A DNA stretch of 62,971 bases, the filler included, from Octopus bimaculoides (taxonomy: Eukaryota): NCBI RefSeq assembly GCF_001194135.2. It is 8 parts of 8 records of this genome, joined end to end, with 100 filler letters (N's around TTAATTAATTAA, not from the genome) between each part and the next. Parts side by side here need not be neighbours in the genome. Positions count along the whole stretch, not along the records: positions 59,607 to 62,971 come from NW_026401782.1; 7 more parts are not named here. One strand, written 5' to 3'. The notes below the pieces were generated by a model. The model did no database searches. It saw only the letters and a program-made list of their open reading frames with translations, and was not told the DNA's origin. Position numbers and translations under genes: made by a program. How positions within the stretch are numbered: the stretch's first letter is position 1; each line of letters opens with the position of its first letter. Below, piece after piece: positions 61,741 through 62,971 of the stretch.

Positions 61741-62815
61741 TCAATCTTTCTCGCTCTCTTGTTCTCGTGCACACTAACACTGAAAATATCTATTTCAGTA
61801 ACAAAATCATTTGTTAAGACTTCGCATTCATCCTCATAACTAAGAACTTCAAGAGATGTCAACACATCAGCAAAGTAATGGTCATCTTAGTACCAGGTCA
61901 TTTCTCCACCACTACGTGTTCTGAAAGGTAAAATTTGAACCAATTTCAATCAAATCATTGTGTATAAAGAATTAGCTAAGCTTAACCAACAAGATTACCA
62001 GTAATGAAGGAAGGATCTAAGACTAAATTACAAATACTCTTTTGGTATTACTTCATTTTGTACCCACCTTAAATTACTAAGATTGTTTTTCTGTTTCTTT
62101 TATTATCATTATTTAGAGAAACAAACCCATAACCTTTGTAGGGTCTGTCAGACAGGTGAGATCAGTGCAGTTGATTTTTGGTTTGAACTTCTGCAGGCCA
62201 ACATATTGGGGATAATTGTAGACAGAGCAGAGGAGCTGAAGAGTTTCAATTAGGGAAAGGAAGAATTGGGCTAAATATTTAGTAGAGTCCAAGGTGAGAG
62301 ACAATATGAAACGCAAAGAGAGGGGAGAATGTAAGGATGTAAAGAATTGCTATAATCAGAAGAGCAGAGGCAATTCTAGCAATGCTCAGAGAGAGAGAAG
62401 AGGACACAGTATGTTAGTGTATGGATGCCATGAAGGTTAAAAAATAAAAAGGAAAGCTTTGAATCTTCTTCAGTCTGGCAATGTTTTATCAAACTACAAC
62501 CAAGCTTCACCATTCCTCCATTCAGTCCATTTCATCATCCACAAACAGATCACTTGATTTACATTTGTCCTATCAACCACCATCACAAGCCTTACCACGA
62601 TAGCTTACCTCCACCATTCACAATACATAATGTCATGATATGAACATAACACCCTGAATTATCTTTCATCATTATATATACCCATGCTACCATCACTTAT
62701 CCACACAGTAACTATTATCATCAGACACCCATGACCTACCCGTGCTGAAGGTATCAGTTATTGTCACCACAGACTATAACACTGATTTCCTGCTAAATTG
62801 GCTGCCCCTATATAT

Positions 62816-62971
62816 ATATAAGAATTTACTTTTCGTAATGAGATAAAAAACCAAGGGTGTGTATAATATAGAACATTTATAAATATATTTATAAATGTTC
62901 TATATATAAATGTTCTATATAATACACAGCCTTGGTTTTTTTATCTCATTACGAAAAGTAAATCCTTATAT
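62816..62971. mobile_element. ~155-bp palindromic MITE (TA-flanked)
   Basis: Arms atataagaatttacttttcgtaatgagataaaaaaccaagggtgtgtat and its near reverse complement; perfect 40-bp central palindrome at 62866-62905. Confidence 0.8.

Noticed and set aside
62117-62155. 39-nt segment with strong splice sites reading KQTHNLCRVCQT (zinc-finger-like)
   Set aside because: Too short to be specific; neighbouring candidate exons do not join in an open frame.

Overview
Repeat-saturated, AT-rich animal genomic DNA from a gapped scaffold. The SINE families, microsatellite load and LINE types look like Octopus (inference from recalled sequence, not a database hit). None of the supplied ORFs is a convincing intact gene: most are microsatellite or N-gap read-throughs, and the rest are decayed transposon proteins. 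Recognisable content: decayed RTE LINE pieces (337-600 +, 4325-5400 -), a 5'-truncated CR1-type LINE (41095-42775 -), a Tc1 element with TIRs and a broken transposase (38534-39770), two 3' ends of a REL-endonuclease LINE sitting in (CATA)n arrays (34364-35198), piggyBac-, hAT-, Merlin-like and mariner-derived MITEs, a Helitron-like 5' end, many tRNA-derived SINEs, and seven artificial N44-TTAATTAATTAA-N44 scaffold joins. A few short splice-flanked open segments may be exons of unidentified genes (low confidence). The most interesting signals are: (i) several minimal type I hammerhead-ribozyme motifs in Penelope-like repeats, including a head-to-head pair in a palindrome and a recurrent non-canonical CCGA core; (ii) a mariner derivative built from two inverted transposase C-termini around an RTE-like fragment; (iii) apparent (CATA)n association of the REL LINE; (iv) a switch between CpG-decayed and CpG-retaining domains. 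No clearly new protein-coding system is visible. Coordinates were counted by hand and may be off by a few bases.
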